Notes under the pieces: model-generated
Database searches by the model: none
The model's input: only the letters and a program-made list of their open reading frames with translations
What the model was told of the DNA's origin: nothing
Assembly: GCA_043743145.1 (NCBI GenBank)
Contig: JAYTXC010000067.1
Span: 1-50,251, forward strand
DNA length: 50,251 nt
Direction: 5' to 3'
Source: Rhodospirillales bacterium
Lineage (GTDB): Bacteria > Vulcanimicrobiota > Vulcanimicrobiia > Vulcanimicrobiales > Vulcanimicrobiaceae
Part shown: positions 35,523 to 44,340 of the stretch, in pieces
Position numbering within the stretch: position 1 is the stretch's first letter
How the letters are laid out: each line of letters starts with the position of its first letter
Position numbers and translations under genes: made by a program

Positions 35523-36647
35523 ATGCGCGTTCCCGGGCTGCCGATTCTCGACGCGTACATCTTACGCGAATTGCGCGGGCCCTTCGCGTTCGCGTTTTTG
35601 GCCTATCTGCTGTTCTGGTTCATCAACATCTTTTTCTTGGCGGCGGATTACATCATCAACGCGCACGCGCCGCTGTTTTTGGTGTTGCGGTTTCTCGCTT
35701 TCCGCGTTCCGCAGAGTACGCCGCTCGCGTTTCCATTTTCGTGTCTCTTCGCGACGTTGCTCGCGTTCGGCCGACTCGCGGGCGATAACGAACTCAACGC
35801 GATCCGAACTGCGGGCGTAACGTTCCTGCGCATCGCTCGTACGCCGCTGCTCTGCGGCGTGGCAATGTTCGGCGTGTCGTACTACATCAACGAGACGATC
35901 GCGCCGATCACGACGGATCTTTCGACGCGAACGTTCTATCAGATCGTCTACAAAACCGACCAACTGCCGATCGTTCCGGGATTCTTCCGCAAGGACGATT
36001 CGACGGGCAATGTCTTCTACGTCGGCAACGTCGCGAGCGATCACAAGACGATGACCGACGTGATGATCTTCCAAAACGCAACGACCACCCCGTTCAAGAC
36101 CGTCGTAAATGCGAAGATCGCCCAAGTGCACGGGACGGTCTTACATCTCGTCAACGCGCGCGTGACGAAATTTAAAATCACGGGCGAGACCGATGGCGAT
36201 GCCGTCAATCGCGATATCGATATCGGCCTGCCGATCGGCGAGACGATCGAACAGTTCGTTAATACCTCGACCAACGATCCCTACGCGATCAATTCCAAAC
36301 AGCTCAAGACGCAGATCAACGCCATGCAAGCGACCGGACAAGGGGGGAGCGCGCTCGGCGTTCTCAAAATCACACTCGCGCAACGACTCGCGTTTCCGTT
36401 CGCCGCGTTCATCTCCGTCGTGCTCGCGCTTCCGCTCGCGACCTCGATGGGGAAGCGTGGGAAAAATCTCGGCATGGGCTTCGGGATCGCGCTTTCGGTG
36501 CTTCTCCTTTTTATCTATTACTTAATGATGTCCGCATTCGGGGCGCTCGGAAAGAACGAAGCGATCAATCCGTATCTCGCCGCTTGGGCGCCGAACATCA
36601 TCATGGGAATCGCTGGTGCCGTTATGTTCTATCGGGTGGAACGCTGA
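35523..36647 (+). CDS. LptF/LptG-family LPS export permease
   Basis: MRVPGLPILDAYILRELRGPFAFAFL is the typical YjgP/YjgQ N-terminus. It has six TM segments with a central periplasmic domain. ATG 35523 is preferred over the track's GTG 35478. Confidence 0.8.
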   Translation: MRVPGLPILDAYILRELRGPFAFAFLAYLLFWFINIFFLAADYIINAHAPLFLVLRFLAFRVPQSTPLAFPFSCLFATLLAFGRLAGDNELNAIRTAGVTFLRIARTPLLCGVAMFGVSYYINETIAPITTDLSTRTFYQIVYKTDQLPIVPGFFRKDDSTGNVFYVGNVASDHKTMTDVMIFQNATTTPFKTVVNAKIAQVHGTVLHLVNARVTKFKITGETDGDAVNRDIDIGLPIGETIEQFVNTSTNDPYAINSKQLKTQINAMQATGQGGSALGVLKITLAQRLAFPFAAFISVVLALPLATSMGKRGKNLGMGFGIALSVLLLFIYYLMMSAFGALGKNEAINPYLAAWAPNIIMGIAGAVMFYRVER

Positions 36648-39337
36648 AGTCGCAGGCGCGCGCGCGGTGGGTCGCATGCGTCACCGCCGCCGCGCTCGCC
36701 GCGGGCTCGATCGCGCCGGTACGTGTCGCCGCGGCCGAACCCTATCCCGGGCTCGATTCGCGCGTCGCCGCGCTCTTGCGCTCGCACCCGTGCGGTGAAA
36801 CTTCGCGCGCGCTCCCGCCCGCCACACCATCGCTCGATCTCGCGCGCGCGCTCGCAGCCCCACGCGAAGCCACGTTGCCGAGTCGCGACGACGCGCGCGC
36901 TCACCTCGAGCTGCGCATGCGCGAAACGCTCGCAATGGCGACCGCCGTACCGACGCCGACACCCGACCAATCCCCGAGTGCCGCCGTCTCCGCCGATCCC
37001 GCAACCACGACGTCCGCGTCGCCGGCGACGAGCGCATCGCCGAGCCCGACACCGAGCGCCTCACCGTCGCTCATCCCGATTCCGCCCGTGCCACCGATCG
37101 GGCCGCAGAGCATCATCGCACCGACGCCGCGACCGACGGGCAGTGCCACCGCATCGCCCGTGCCTCTGCCGACGACGTCGCCGCTCACGCGCGACACGGG
37201 GCCCGTCTTTATCCAACGCTCGGGCACGCCCGCACCAATCACCGGCAAAGGCGAGTCGCCGGCACCGAACGCGAGCATGAGTCCGAACGCCACGCTCCCA
37301 TCGCCCGCCGTCACGCCCGAGCCGAAGCCGCTGCGAACACTCGCACCGAACGAAATCGTCTCCGTCGCAGACAAACTCAGCGGCTCGAGCGATCGAACGA
37401 AGCCCTCCGATCTCACCGGCAACGTGCATATTTTCTACGCCGAGGGCCAGATCGTCGGCGACCGCGCACATTTCGATGGCGACCATACGATCGTCGTGAG
37501 CGGCCACACCTATCTCGTCAACCGCAGCGAAGATTCGATCTTGTACGCCGACTCCGTGTCGTTCGATACCGAATCGCGCCGCGCGACGCTCCTCAATGGC
37601 GCGGGCGAAACGATCGAAGGCGTGCAACGCGGCAAGCTGCACTACACGGCCGAGTCGCTAACGACGCGGACGAACGGCGTCTCGCATGGCGAACGCGCGT
37701 CGTTCTCGACGTGTGAGCGGCCGCATGCGGGCTACCACATCGAAGCGCGGTCGATCGACGTAACGCCCGGCAGTAAGATCGTCGCTCGCAAGGCCGTCGT
37801 CTTCCTCGGACCGACCGCGATCTTCTATCTCCCGCTGCTCGTCATACCGCTCGTGGAAGCCGCCATCGATCAGCGCAAGAACGCGAGCTTCCTTCCGCTC
37901 ATCGGCTACAACAAAACCGAGGGCTTCTTCGTGAAAGCTCGCATCGGCTTCGCGCCTTCCGAGACGTATTTCGGATACTATCGCGTCGAGTATTTCACCA
38001 AGCGTGGACTTGGCCTCGGGTACACCGCATTCATCGGGTCGACGATCGGAAAGCGTTCGACCTCGATCGATTCGTACACGATCGACGACCATTTACAGAA
38101 CGCGCGGCATACGAATATCTCGTTGCAAGAGACCGAGAACTTCAATCGTCGCGTACGCGGACAATTCGGCATCAACTACCAGAGCGACTACGGTCCCAAT
38201 CTCGCCTTGCCCGCGACCGTCGATCTCACGGGCTCCGTGATCCGTCAAGGCAACGGCTCGACGGAAACGCTCACGTTCTCGCGATTTTTGCGCGGCAAGC
38301 TCTCCGATAATCTCAACGTCGGCTTCATCGATAGTCTCGTGCTCTCACCGAGCCTCCAGCAACAAATCAACCTCACGTACGCAAAATTCAATAGTGCGAT
38401 CTCCTCGAGCAACACGCTGAAGATTTCGACGAATACCCACCTCTTTACGAAATTCGCCGATTACAATCTGGCGTACGAGAAGAGCGATTATTCCGCCAAT
38501 CCGTTCGGCTACGATCGCCTTCCCGAACTGCAGGTACTGCCGCATTTACAATACGGCGCGCTAAAATTCGGGCCACAGGTGCAACTTTCGATCGGCAAAT
38601 ATACCGAGCCGCAGAACCATTTCACGACGACGCGCGTGCAGGCAAAAATTGACGAATCCGTTTTCTTTAAAATCTTCGGTTCTAGCGATTTCTCGGCGCA
38701 CTACAGCCTCGACCAAGACTACTACGGCACGGGCGATGCGAAGGCACTGGACCAACAGAACGCTTCGCTCAACACGCCGATCGGATCGCATTTCGTCAAC
38801 TCGATCAGCTACAACGAACAGCATCCCATCGGCCCGGCAAACGTGCCGTTCCAACTCTTCGATCGGCTCTCCAACGGCGCGCACTCCGCGCAAGATACGC
38901 TGCGTTTTTTCAACCGCGACGTCTATTCGCTGCAACTCGCGACGGGCACGAACTTCAACCGTCAGGCGCAATCGGTGAGCTACCAGGCGAGCGTCAAGCC
39001 CTCAGCGCGCTCGTACGTCCTCCTCGGCGGGTATTACCAACCCGGCCCCGGCCTGGGCTTTAATCAAACGAACGTTCAGGCGATCACGCCGTTCGGCAAA
39101 GATACCACGCTCGAGTTCACGACCAACGTCGATTGGAAACATCATAACCGGTTGACGAATAAAAATATCTACATCACGCGGACGATCGACGACTGTTACA
39201 ATATTTCGGGTTCGTATAATCAAGACCTCAAACAGTTTTCGTTCAACGTCGTGATCTTGGCGTTCCCGGGGCAGGGGGCGGGCTTCGGATTCGGCGGGCA
39301 GAAGTCGCCGATCATCCCGGGCAACTTCGCGTTTTGA
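36584..39337 (+). CDS. lptD: LptD/OstA-like outer-membrane LPS-assembly protein with Pro/Ser/Thr-rich linker
   Basis: Signal peptide KSQARARWVACVTAAALAAGSIAPVRVAAA. PT-rich tract: TPTPDQSPSAAV...SASPSPTPSASPSLIPIPPVPP. OstA-like N-domain: LTGNVHIFYAEGQIVGDRAHFDGDHTIVVSGH...ATLLNGAG. It is followed by HAGYHIEARSIDVTPG and a long barrel-like C-terminus. Start is TTG 36584 (64-nt overlap with the previous gene) or CTG 36644 (overlapping the previous stop as CTGA). Confidence 0.75.
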   Translation: MGAEHHHGNRWCRYVLSGGTLKSQARARWVACVTAAALAAGSIAPVRVAAAEPYPGLDSRVAALLRSHPCGETSRALPPATPSLDLARALAAPREATLPSRDDARAHLELRMRETLAMATAVPTPTPDQSPSAAVSADPATTTSASPATSASPSPTPSASPSLIPIPPVPPIGPQSIIAPTPRPTGSATASPVPLPTTSPLTRDTGPVFIQRSGTPAPITGKGESPAPNASMSPNATLPSPAVTPEPKPLRTLAPNEIVSVADKLSGSSDRTKPSDLTGNVHIFYAEGQIVGDRAHFDGDHTIVVSGHTYLVNRSEDSILYADSVSFDTESRRATLLNGAGETIEGVQRGKLHYTAESLTTRTNGVSHGERASFSTCERPHAGYHIEARSIDVTPGSKIVARKAVVFLGPTAIFYLPLLVIPLVEAAIDQRKNASFLPLIGYNKTEGFFVKARIGFAPSETYFGYYRVEYFTKRGLGLGYTAFIGSTIGKRSTSIDSYTIDDHLQNARHTNISLQETENFNRRVRGQFGINYQSDYGPNLALPATVDLTGSVIRQGNGSTETLTFSRFLRGKLSDNLNVGFIDSLVLSPSLQQQINLTYAKFNSAISSSNTLKISTNTHLFTKFADYNLAYEKSDYSANPFGYDRLPELQVLPHLQYGALKFGPQVQLSIGKYTEPQNHFTTTRVQAKIDESVFFKIFGSSDFSAHYSLDQDYYGTGDAKALDQQNASLNTPIGSHFVNSISYNEQHPIGPANVPFQLFDRLSNGAHSAQDTLRFFNRDVYSLQLATGTNFNRQAQSVSYQASVKPSARSYVLLGGYYQPGPGLGFNQTNVQAITPFGKDTTLEFTTNVDWKHHNRLTNKNIYITRTIDDCYNISGSYNQDLKQFSFNVVILAFPGQGAGFGFGGQKSPIIPGNFAF

Positions 39338-39373
39338 CGTCTTGCGTTTGTGGGTCGGCTGCGTAAGCGATCG

Positions 39374-40231
39374 TTACTGGAAGTTGTCGATTTCGCCGCC
39401 GACGATTTGGGCAGACGCATCGCTTGGGCGGATGCTGCCGGTTTGTTTGAAGATCGGGTAGTTGTTGGTCGCGTCGACCGCGATGCCGATGCCGTTGAAT
39501 GACGTGTCTTGGGCGCCGCCGATGCCGAGTGAGTCGACGACCGTGCGCGATTGCGTATCGATCGTGAAGAAGTTGAAGTACCAGAAGCGTTGGTTGAGTG
39601 TCGTTGGCTGGGAGTTTGGCGGTGTTGGGACGGACGTCATCGTCGCGGTGGGTGAGGATGACGCGGTCGGCGTTGCACTCGGGGTCGCGCTCGCAGACCC
39701 GGTGGGTGACGAGCCTGCGGATGCTGATGCGGTCGGGACGCTCGGTGCGGGCTTGATGTTGGGGCAGGGTTGGGCGACTTGGAGTGGGTTACTGAGTTGC
39801 TGGCGCACGAAGGTGAGCTGGAATTCGGAGTTCTGTTGATTGCTGTTGGTCACGAATTGCGTCGTCGATGCGCCGAGGGGGACCTGTTGCGGATTGAGCG
39901 AGTTCGCGACGCCGGGCGTGATGATGTATTGGAAGAGCGCCGGGCCCGCGGTACCGTAGATGCCGCCCATGAGAAACGAGAAAGAATAATCGTTGAATGT
40001 CGTCGCGAAGGCGTTCGGGAACGGTGTTCCGCCACCGCACGTGTCGACGACGACCGCGTACGTATATTTCGTAAAGTCCATCGTACCGTTCGTGCGGAAT
40101 CGAACGACCATTCGCCCCGATAGGTTGAGGTTACCATTCTTGAGGCCCGGATCGGGAGTGACTTGGCGGCCGCAAGCGACGACGAGTGTGATAGCGAGCG
40201 CGAACGAGACGAGTGCGGCGCGACGGAGCAT
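39374..40231 (-). CDS. Two-domain lipoprotein with Ser/Thr/Pro linker, unknown function
   Basis: ORF track 39374..40459. Internal ATG 40231 gives MLRRAALVSFALAITLVVACGRQ, a signal peptide plus lipobox. Linker: PSVPTASASAGSSPTGSASATPSATPTASSSPTAT. The upstream 76 aa of the listed ORF are antisense to lnt and look non-coding. Confidence 0.65.
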   Translation of the reverse strand: MLRRAALVSFALAITLVVACGRQVTPDPGLKNGNLNLSGRMVVRFRTNGTMDFTKYTYAVVVDTCGGGTPFPNAFATTFNDYSFSFLMGGIYGTAGPALFQYIITPGVANSLNPQQVPLGASTTQFVTNSNQQNSEFQLTFVRQQLSNPLQVAQPCPNIKPAPSVPTASASAGSSPTGSASATPSATPTASSSPTATMTSVPTPPNSQPTTLNQRFWYFNFFTIDTQSRTVVDSLGIGGAQDTSFNGIGIAVDATNNYPIFKQTGSIRPSDASAQIVGGEIDNFQ

Positions 40232-41753
40232 GGTATCCTCGGTTGTCCCGTTCGTTGCGGCGACACTCGGCGCCATTGCGATGGCGCTTGCGTTTCCGAA
40301 GACGAACGCGGCGGTGCTCGCACCACTGGGGGTGGCTGCGATCTTTTGGGCGTGGTTTGGACTCTCGCCGATGCGCGCCTTCTGGGTCGGTTGGCTCGCG
40401 GGCACGGTCTTTTTCGCGATCGACTTCTGGTGGTTCGGCGAAACCGCAGGCGCACTCATCGCCCCGTTCGGTTTTTTTCTCGCTCTCGGTCCCGCGATCG
40501 GCGACGCGTTCTTTAATTTCGCACTCGTCGGCGCACTGTCCGCGCTCGCCGCACGCGCACTCGCACGGCGCGATCGCGTTGCTCGCGCGAGCGTCCCTGT
40601 TGCGGGCGCCGCGATCTACACCGTGGCCGAATGGCTTCGGAGTGAAGGCCTCGGTGTGCTCGGCGTGCCGTTCGGCAGCCTCGGGCTCACACAAGTCAAT
40701 TCACCGCTCGCTCCTCTCGCCGCGTTCGTCGGATCGTACGGCGTAACGTTCGTCGTTTGCGCGATCGGCGCGTATATCGCGTATGCGGTTCGCATGCGCG
40801 CCGTTCGCGGCAGCGGAGTCGACGCAAGCGTAGCGGCGCTCGGCGTGCTCGTCATCGTCGCACTCGCATGGCTTGCGTGGCCCGCCCGCGAGCTTACGAC
40901 ACCGACGCTGAGCGTTGCCGCAATCCAGGGCAACATCGCGCAAAAACTCAAATTTACGCCCGATGCCTTCGATGAGGCCCTCGCACGCTACGAAACGCTC
41001 ACGCGAAAGGCTGCCGCGAAACATCCCCGGCTCATCGTGTGGCCCGAGACCGTTATTCCCGCCGCGCTCAATCGGCTTCCGGCGTTGCAAGCACGTTTCG
41101 CAGCGCTCGCCAAAGCGACGCACAGCGAGCTCGTCGTCGGGACGTTCTTCATCGAACCCGATGGCGAATATAATGTTCTGTACTTTTTTCGTCCCGACGG
41201 TGGGCTCGACTCGATCTATCGCAAACGTCAACTCGTCCCGTTCGCCGAGCATTTGCCGTTCGCACAATTCCTCGGCTGGATTCCGTGGGCCCAGAACGCA
41301 TCGCACTTTCGCTCAGGCTCGACGAACGGCATCGCGACGATCGGATCGCTGCGCTTCGCGCCGATCATCTGCTGGGAATCGGCATTCACCGATCTCGCGG
41401 GCGACGCCGTGCGCGATGGAGCGACCGCGCTCATCATCGCGACCGATGATGCGTGGTTCGGCACGACGGCGGGACCCTATCAGCACGCACAGATCGCGCA
41501 AATGCGCGCGATCGAATCAGGACGCTGGATCGTTCGCGCCGCCGCGACGGGGATTAGTGGCATCATCTCACCGCGCGGCCAATTCACGCGCGCGAGCGTG
41601 CTCGACGAACAAGCCGTCGTCACGGGAACGATCGGGGCGCCGGTCGACACGTTCTACACGCGCGTTGGCGGCAATGGCATCGCGCTCTTCTTCGCGATGC
41701 TCGCTGCGGCGATCGTGGCGTGGGGCCGCCGCGAAGGCGTCCGCGCGCTATGA
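40230..41753 (+). CDS. lnt: Apolipoprotein N-acyltransferase
   Basis: This is the C-terminal 507 aa of ORF 39993..41753. MVSSVVPFVAATLGAIAMALAFPKT is the typical first TM helix. The CN-hydrolase domain has VWPETVIP (Glu) and FAPIICWESAF (Cys). Confidence 0.88.
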   Translation: MVSSVVPFVAATLGAIAMALAFPKTNAAVLAPLGVAAIFWAWFGLSPMRAFWVGWLAGTVFFAIDFWWFGETAGALIAPFGFFLALGPAIGDAFFNFALVGALSALAARALARRDRVARASVPVAGAAIYTVAEWLRSEGLGVLGVPFGSLGLTQVNSPLAPLAAFVGSYGVTFVVCAIGAYIAYAVRMRAVRGSGVDASVAALGVLVIVALAWLAWPARELTTPTLSVAAIQGNIAQKLKFTPDAFDEALARYETLTRKAAAKHPRLIVWPETVIPAALNRLPALQARFAALAKATHSELVVGTFFIEPDGEYNVLYFFRPDGGLDSIYRKRQLVPFAEHLPFAQFLGWIPWAQNASHFRSGSTNGIATIGSLRFAPIICWESAFTDLAGDAVRDGATALIIATDDAWFGTTAGPYQHAQIAQMRAIESGRWIVRAAATGISGIISPRGQFTRASVLDEQAVVTGTIGAPVDTFYTRVGGNGIALFFAMLAAAIVAWGRREGVRAL

Positions 41754-42289
41754 AGCGGATCGTCGCGGGCGTCGCCGTCGCCGCGCTCGCCCTCGTGGGA
41801 TACGGTATTTACGACGCGGGTCGCGACGAACGTCCGATGCCGCTCCCGAACACGAACATTCAATTCAGCAAAGGCCACGCGAACGGGCAACGCCTGAAGT
41901 TTCGTTCGTGGGCCGCGGACTACGATAAGATCGTCAGCAACGCCGATCAAACGATTCTCGATATCCAAAACGTCCATAACGGGACGCTCTTCAAAAATGG
42001 AAAGCCCTATATGAACGTCCGCGCTGCTCACATGACGGTCAACACCATCACGCACGATTTCGTGGAGACGGGGCCGATGCACGCCGAGACGGTCGGCACG
42101 TTACCCGCGCGCTCGTTCGATACCGATTCTGCCGTTTGGAACGATGCGATGCAAACGCTCACGTTTGCAAAGCACGTCGTCGTTCACAGCGGGACCGACG
42201 AGCCGTTAACGGTCGGCAGTCTCACGCTGGATATTAAAACCGGCGCCGTCGAGATCCGCGATATCGAGGGACCGGTGCGACTCAAATGA
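41750..42289 (+). CDS. Bitopic periplasmic protein, LptC-like by size, topology and context
   Basis: ATG 41750 overlaps the lnt stop (ATGA). MKRIVAGVAVAALALVGYGIY is an N-terminal anchor, followed by ~150 aa rich in beta-type sequence. The LptC assignment rests on context and weak pattern similarity only. Confidence 0.45.
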   Translation: MKRIVAGVAVAALALVGYGIYDAGRDERPMPLPNTNIQFSKGHANGQRLKFRSWAADYDKIVSNADQTILDIQNVHNGTLFKNGKPYMNVRAAHMTVNTITHDFVETGPMHAETVGTLPARSFDTDSAVWNDAMQTLTFAKHVVVHSGTDEPLTVGSLTLDIKTGAVEIRDIEGPVRLK

Positions 42290-42670
42290 CTACGGTTTCT
42301 TCGCGCTCTTCGTTTTTTCGGCGGCAATTGTTTCGGCGGCCGTCTTCTCAGCGGCATCGGCGATATTTTTCTTTGCTTCGGCGATCAATTGTTTAACTTT
42401 TTGACCGCCCTTGTGGCCGATCTCTTCGTAAAAATTCGAGCCATACTTTTCTTTCACGACACGTCCGCCTTTTTGGCCGATCGTTTCGTAAAATTGCGCG
42501 CCATGACGCTCGCGAGTCGCTTGTCCGCCCTTGCGACCGATCGTCTCGTAAAAACCACTGCCGTAGCGCTCGCGAACCGTGTCGCCGCCTTTTTTGCCAG
42601 CTTCGCGTACGGACATCTCCCCACCGGGAGCTTTTTCTTTCGGAGCGTCGTTCTCGGGAGTTTCAGCCAT
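42290..42670 (-). CDS. General stress protein with KGG repeats (YciG/GsiB-like)
   Basis: Contains three and a fraction tandem 20-aa units: KGGDTVRERYGSGFYETIGR / KGGQATRERHGAQFYETIGQ / KGGRVVKEKYGSNFYEEIGH / KGGQKV. The protein is hydrophilic, Lys-rich and locally lower in GC. Confidence 0.85.
   Translation of the reverse strand: MAETPENDAPKEKAPGGEMSVREAGKKGGDTVRERYGSGFYETIGRKGGQATRERHGAQFYETIGQKGGRVVKEKYGSNFYEEIGHKGGQKVKQLIAEAKKNIADAAEKTAAETIAAEKTKSAKKP
42395..42592 (-). repeat. In-frame tandem 60-nt repeats encoding the KGG stress motif
   Basis: See the protein repeat units above. Coordinates were derived from codon positions 27 to about 92 of the 126-aa ORF. Confidence 0.8.
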
Positions 42671-42707
42671 AGTCAGAGCCCTTTCGCACCAGGCGAAATG
42701 TGGAGTG

Positions 42708-42721
42708 GTACGTTGTCGTAC
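42708..42721. promoter_or_regulatory. Perfect palindrome GTACG-N4-CGTAC in the divergent intergenic region
   Basis: GTACGTTGTCGTAC at 42708-42721, between the KGG gene (start 42670) and the D-aminoacylase gene (start 42760). The 5-N4-5 geometry resembles Crp/Fnr-family sites, but the half-site sequence differs from TTGAT/TGTGA. Confidence 0.3.
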
Positions 42722-42730
42722 GCCAGGCTC

Positions 42731-42755
42731 GTACCCAGAGCAAACGGGCTCAAAC
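42731..42755 (-). promoter_or_regulatory. SigB/SigF-type stress promoter candidate upstream of the KGG gene
   Basis: The minus strand reads GTTTGA-gcccgtttgctct-GGGTAC. This fits GTTT-N15-GGGTA(C/T) and GTTTAA-N13-GGGTAT type consensus sequences. It lies about 60 nt upstream of ATG 42670. Confidence 0.35.
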
Positions 42756-42759
42756 TCCG

Positions 42760-44340
42760 ATGATCGATGAGATCATCGAGGGAGCCACGATCTACGACGG
42801 AGATTCCGCCCGACCGTTCGCGACCGATCTTGCGATCGTCGGCGACCGCATCGCCCTCATCGGTGACCTGCGCGAGCGCGATGCGCGTCGACGGACCGAT
42901 GGTCGCGGCCGTACGCTCGCACCCGGATTCATCGACGTCCATTCCCATTCCGACGAGCTCTGGCTCGCCGACGGGCGTTGCGTCGGTAAAATTCGTCAGG
43001 GCGTCACGACGGAGATCGGCGGCAACTGCGGGACGAGCGTCGCGCCGCTTCGTGGTATCGCCCGCGAGCGTAAGATCGAAGAGGCGCGCGTCGTCGGCGT
43101 CGACGCGTCGTGGCGCGATCTCGACGATTTCTTCGCGAGCGTCGAACGCGCGGGCGTCGCGCTCAACATCGCGACGCTCGTCGGGCTCGGTACGACGCGC
43201 CGCAGTGTCGCGGGCGATGACGACACACGTCTCGATGAGACGACGCTCGCCGCACAGCTCGCACTCGTGCGCGAAGGTATCGACCACGGCGCGCTGGGTA
43301 TTTCGAGTGGGCTCATCTACATACCATCGCGCTACGCCGATCTCGACGAACTCGTCGCGTGTGCGATCACCGCGCGCGAAGCCGGTATGGCGCGGTACGT
43401 CTCGCACATCCGCAACGAGAGCGACGACATGCTCGTGGCTGTCGATGAAGCGATCTGCGTCGGCGAACGCGCCGAGACGGCAGTCCATATCTCGCACCAC
43501 AAGGCCTCGGGTAAAAAAAATTGGGGCGACGTACATCGCTCGCTCGCGGCGATCGCTCGCGCGCGCGGACGCGGAGTCGCGGTATCCGCGGACGTCTACC
43601 CCTACACCGCGATGTGGACGGGGCTCGACACACTCCTTCCCGACGACGCACTCGCGGGCGGCCGCGACGCGACGCTCGAGCGGCTCGCGGATCCCGAGAC
43701 CGTCGTCGCACTCGCGCTACGACTCGAACTCGATCATGCCGGCACCTGGCACGACATTGCGATTTCGAGCGTCTCGAGTTTACGGAACGAACGCTATGCC
43801 GGGATGCGCGTCGACGAGATGGCCGCGCGCATGCGTTGCTCGCCGGCACGCGCGGTTCTCCGCTTACTCTTCGAAGAACGGCTCGGCGTCGAAGCGATTT
43901 TTTTCTCCTTGAGCGAACTCGACGTCGCAACGGTAATGTCGGCGGAGTTCGTCTCGATCGGGAGCGACGCGTCGGCGCGTGCGATCGACGGTCCGACCGC
44001 GGTCGGCGTTCCACATCCGCGCACGTTTGGGTGTTTTCCGCGCGTGTTCGGTCGCTTCGTGCGAGGACGTAAAACGCTCGAACTCGGCGAAGCGATCCGG
44101 CGCATGACCTCACTGCCCGCCCAACAATTCGGCCTCGCCGATCGTGGCACGATCGCACGCGACGCATTCGCCGATCTCGTGCTCTTCGATGCGAACACGA
44201 TCGTCGATACGGCGACGTACGATCGACCATATGCGTATCCGACCGGTATCGATGCCGTGTGGGTCAACGGCCGCGCGGTCGTGCGCGATAGCGAGATTAC
44301 CGGCGCACGACCCGGTCGCGCATTGCGCGGTGGCCGATGA
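42760..44340 (+). CDS. N-acyl-D-amino-acid deacylase (D-aminoacylase), amidohydrolase superfamily
   Basis: ATG 42760 gives MIDEIIEGATIYDGDSARPFATDLAIVGDRIALIGDL. Motifs GFIDVHSHSD (HxH metal site) and HISHHKASG are present, and the protein is D-aminoacylase-like for its full length. Confidence 0.8.
   Translation: MIDEIIEGATIYDGDSARPFATDLAIVGDRIALIGDLRERDARRRTDGRGRTLAPGFIDVHSHSDELWLADGRCVGKIRQGVTTEIGGNCGTSVAPLRGIARERKIEEARVVGVDASWRDLDDFFASVERAGVALNIATLVGLGTTRRSVAGDDDTRLDETTLAAQLALVREGIDHGALGISSGLIYIPSRYADLDELVACAITAREAGMARYVSHIRNESDDMLVAVDEAICVGERAETAVHISHHKASGKKNWGDVHRSLAAIARARGRGVAVSADVYPYTAMWTGLDTLLPDDALAGGRDATLERLADPETVVALALRLELDHAGTWHDIAISSVSSLRNERYAGMRVDEMAARMRCSPARAVLRLLFEERLGVEAIFFSLSELDVATVMSAEFVSIGSDASARAIDGPTAVGVPHPRTFGCFPRVFGRFVRGRKTLELGEAIRRMTSLPAQQFGLADRGTIARDAFADLVLFDANTIVDTATYDRPYAYPTGIDAVWVNGRAVVRDSEITGARPGRALRGGR

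Noticed and set aside
39338-39373. Possible bidirectional terminator between the convergent LptD-like and lipoprotein genes.
   Set aside because: There is only a 6-bp stem (CTTGCG/CGTAAG, including a G-U pair) with a 15-nt loop and no U-tract. That is too weak to call.
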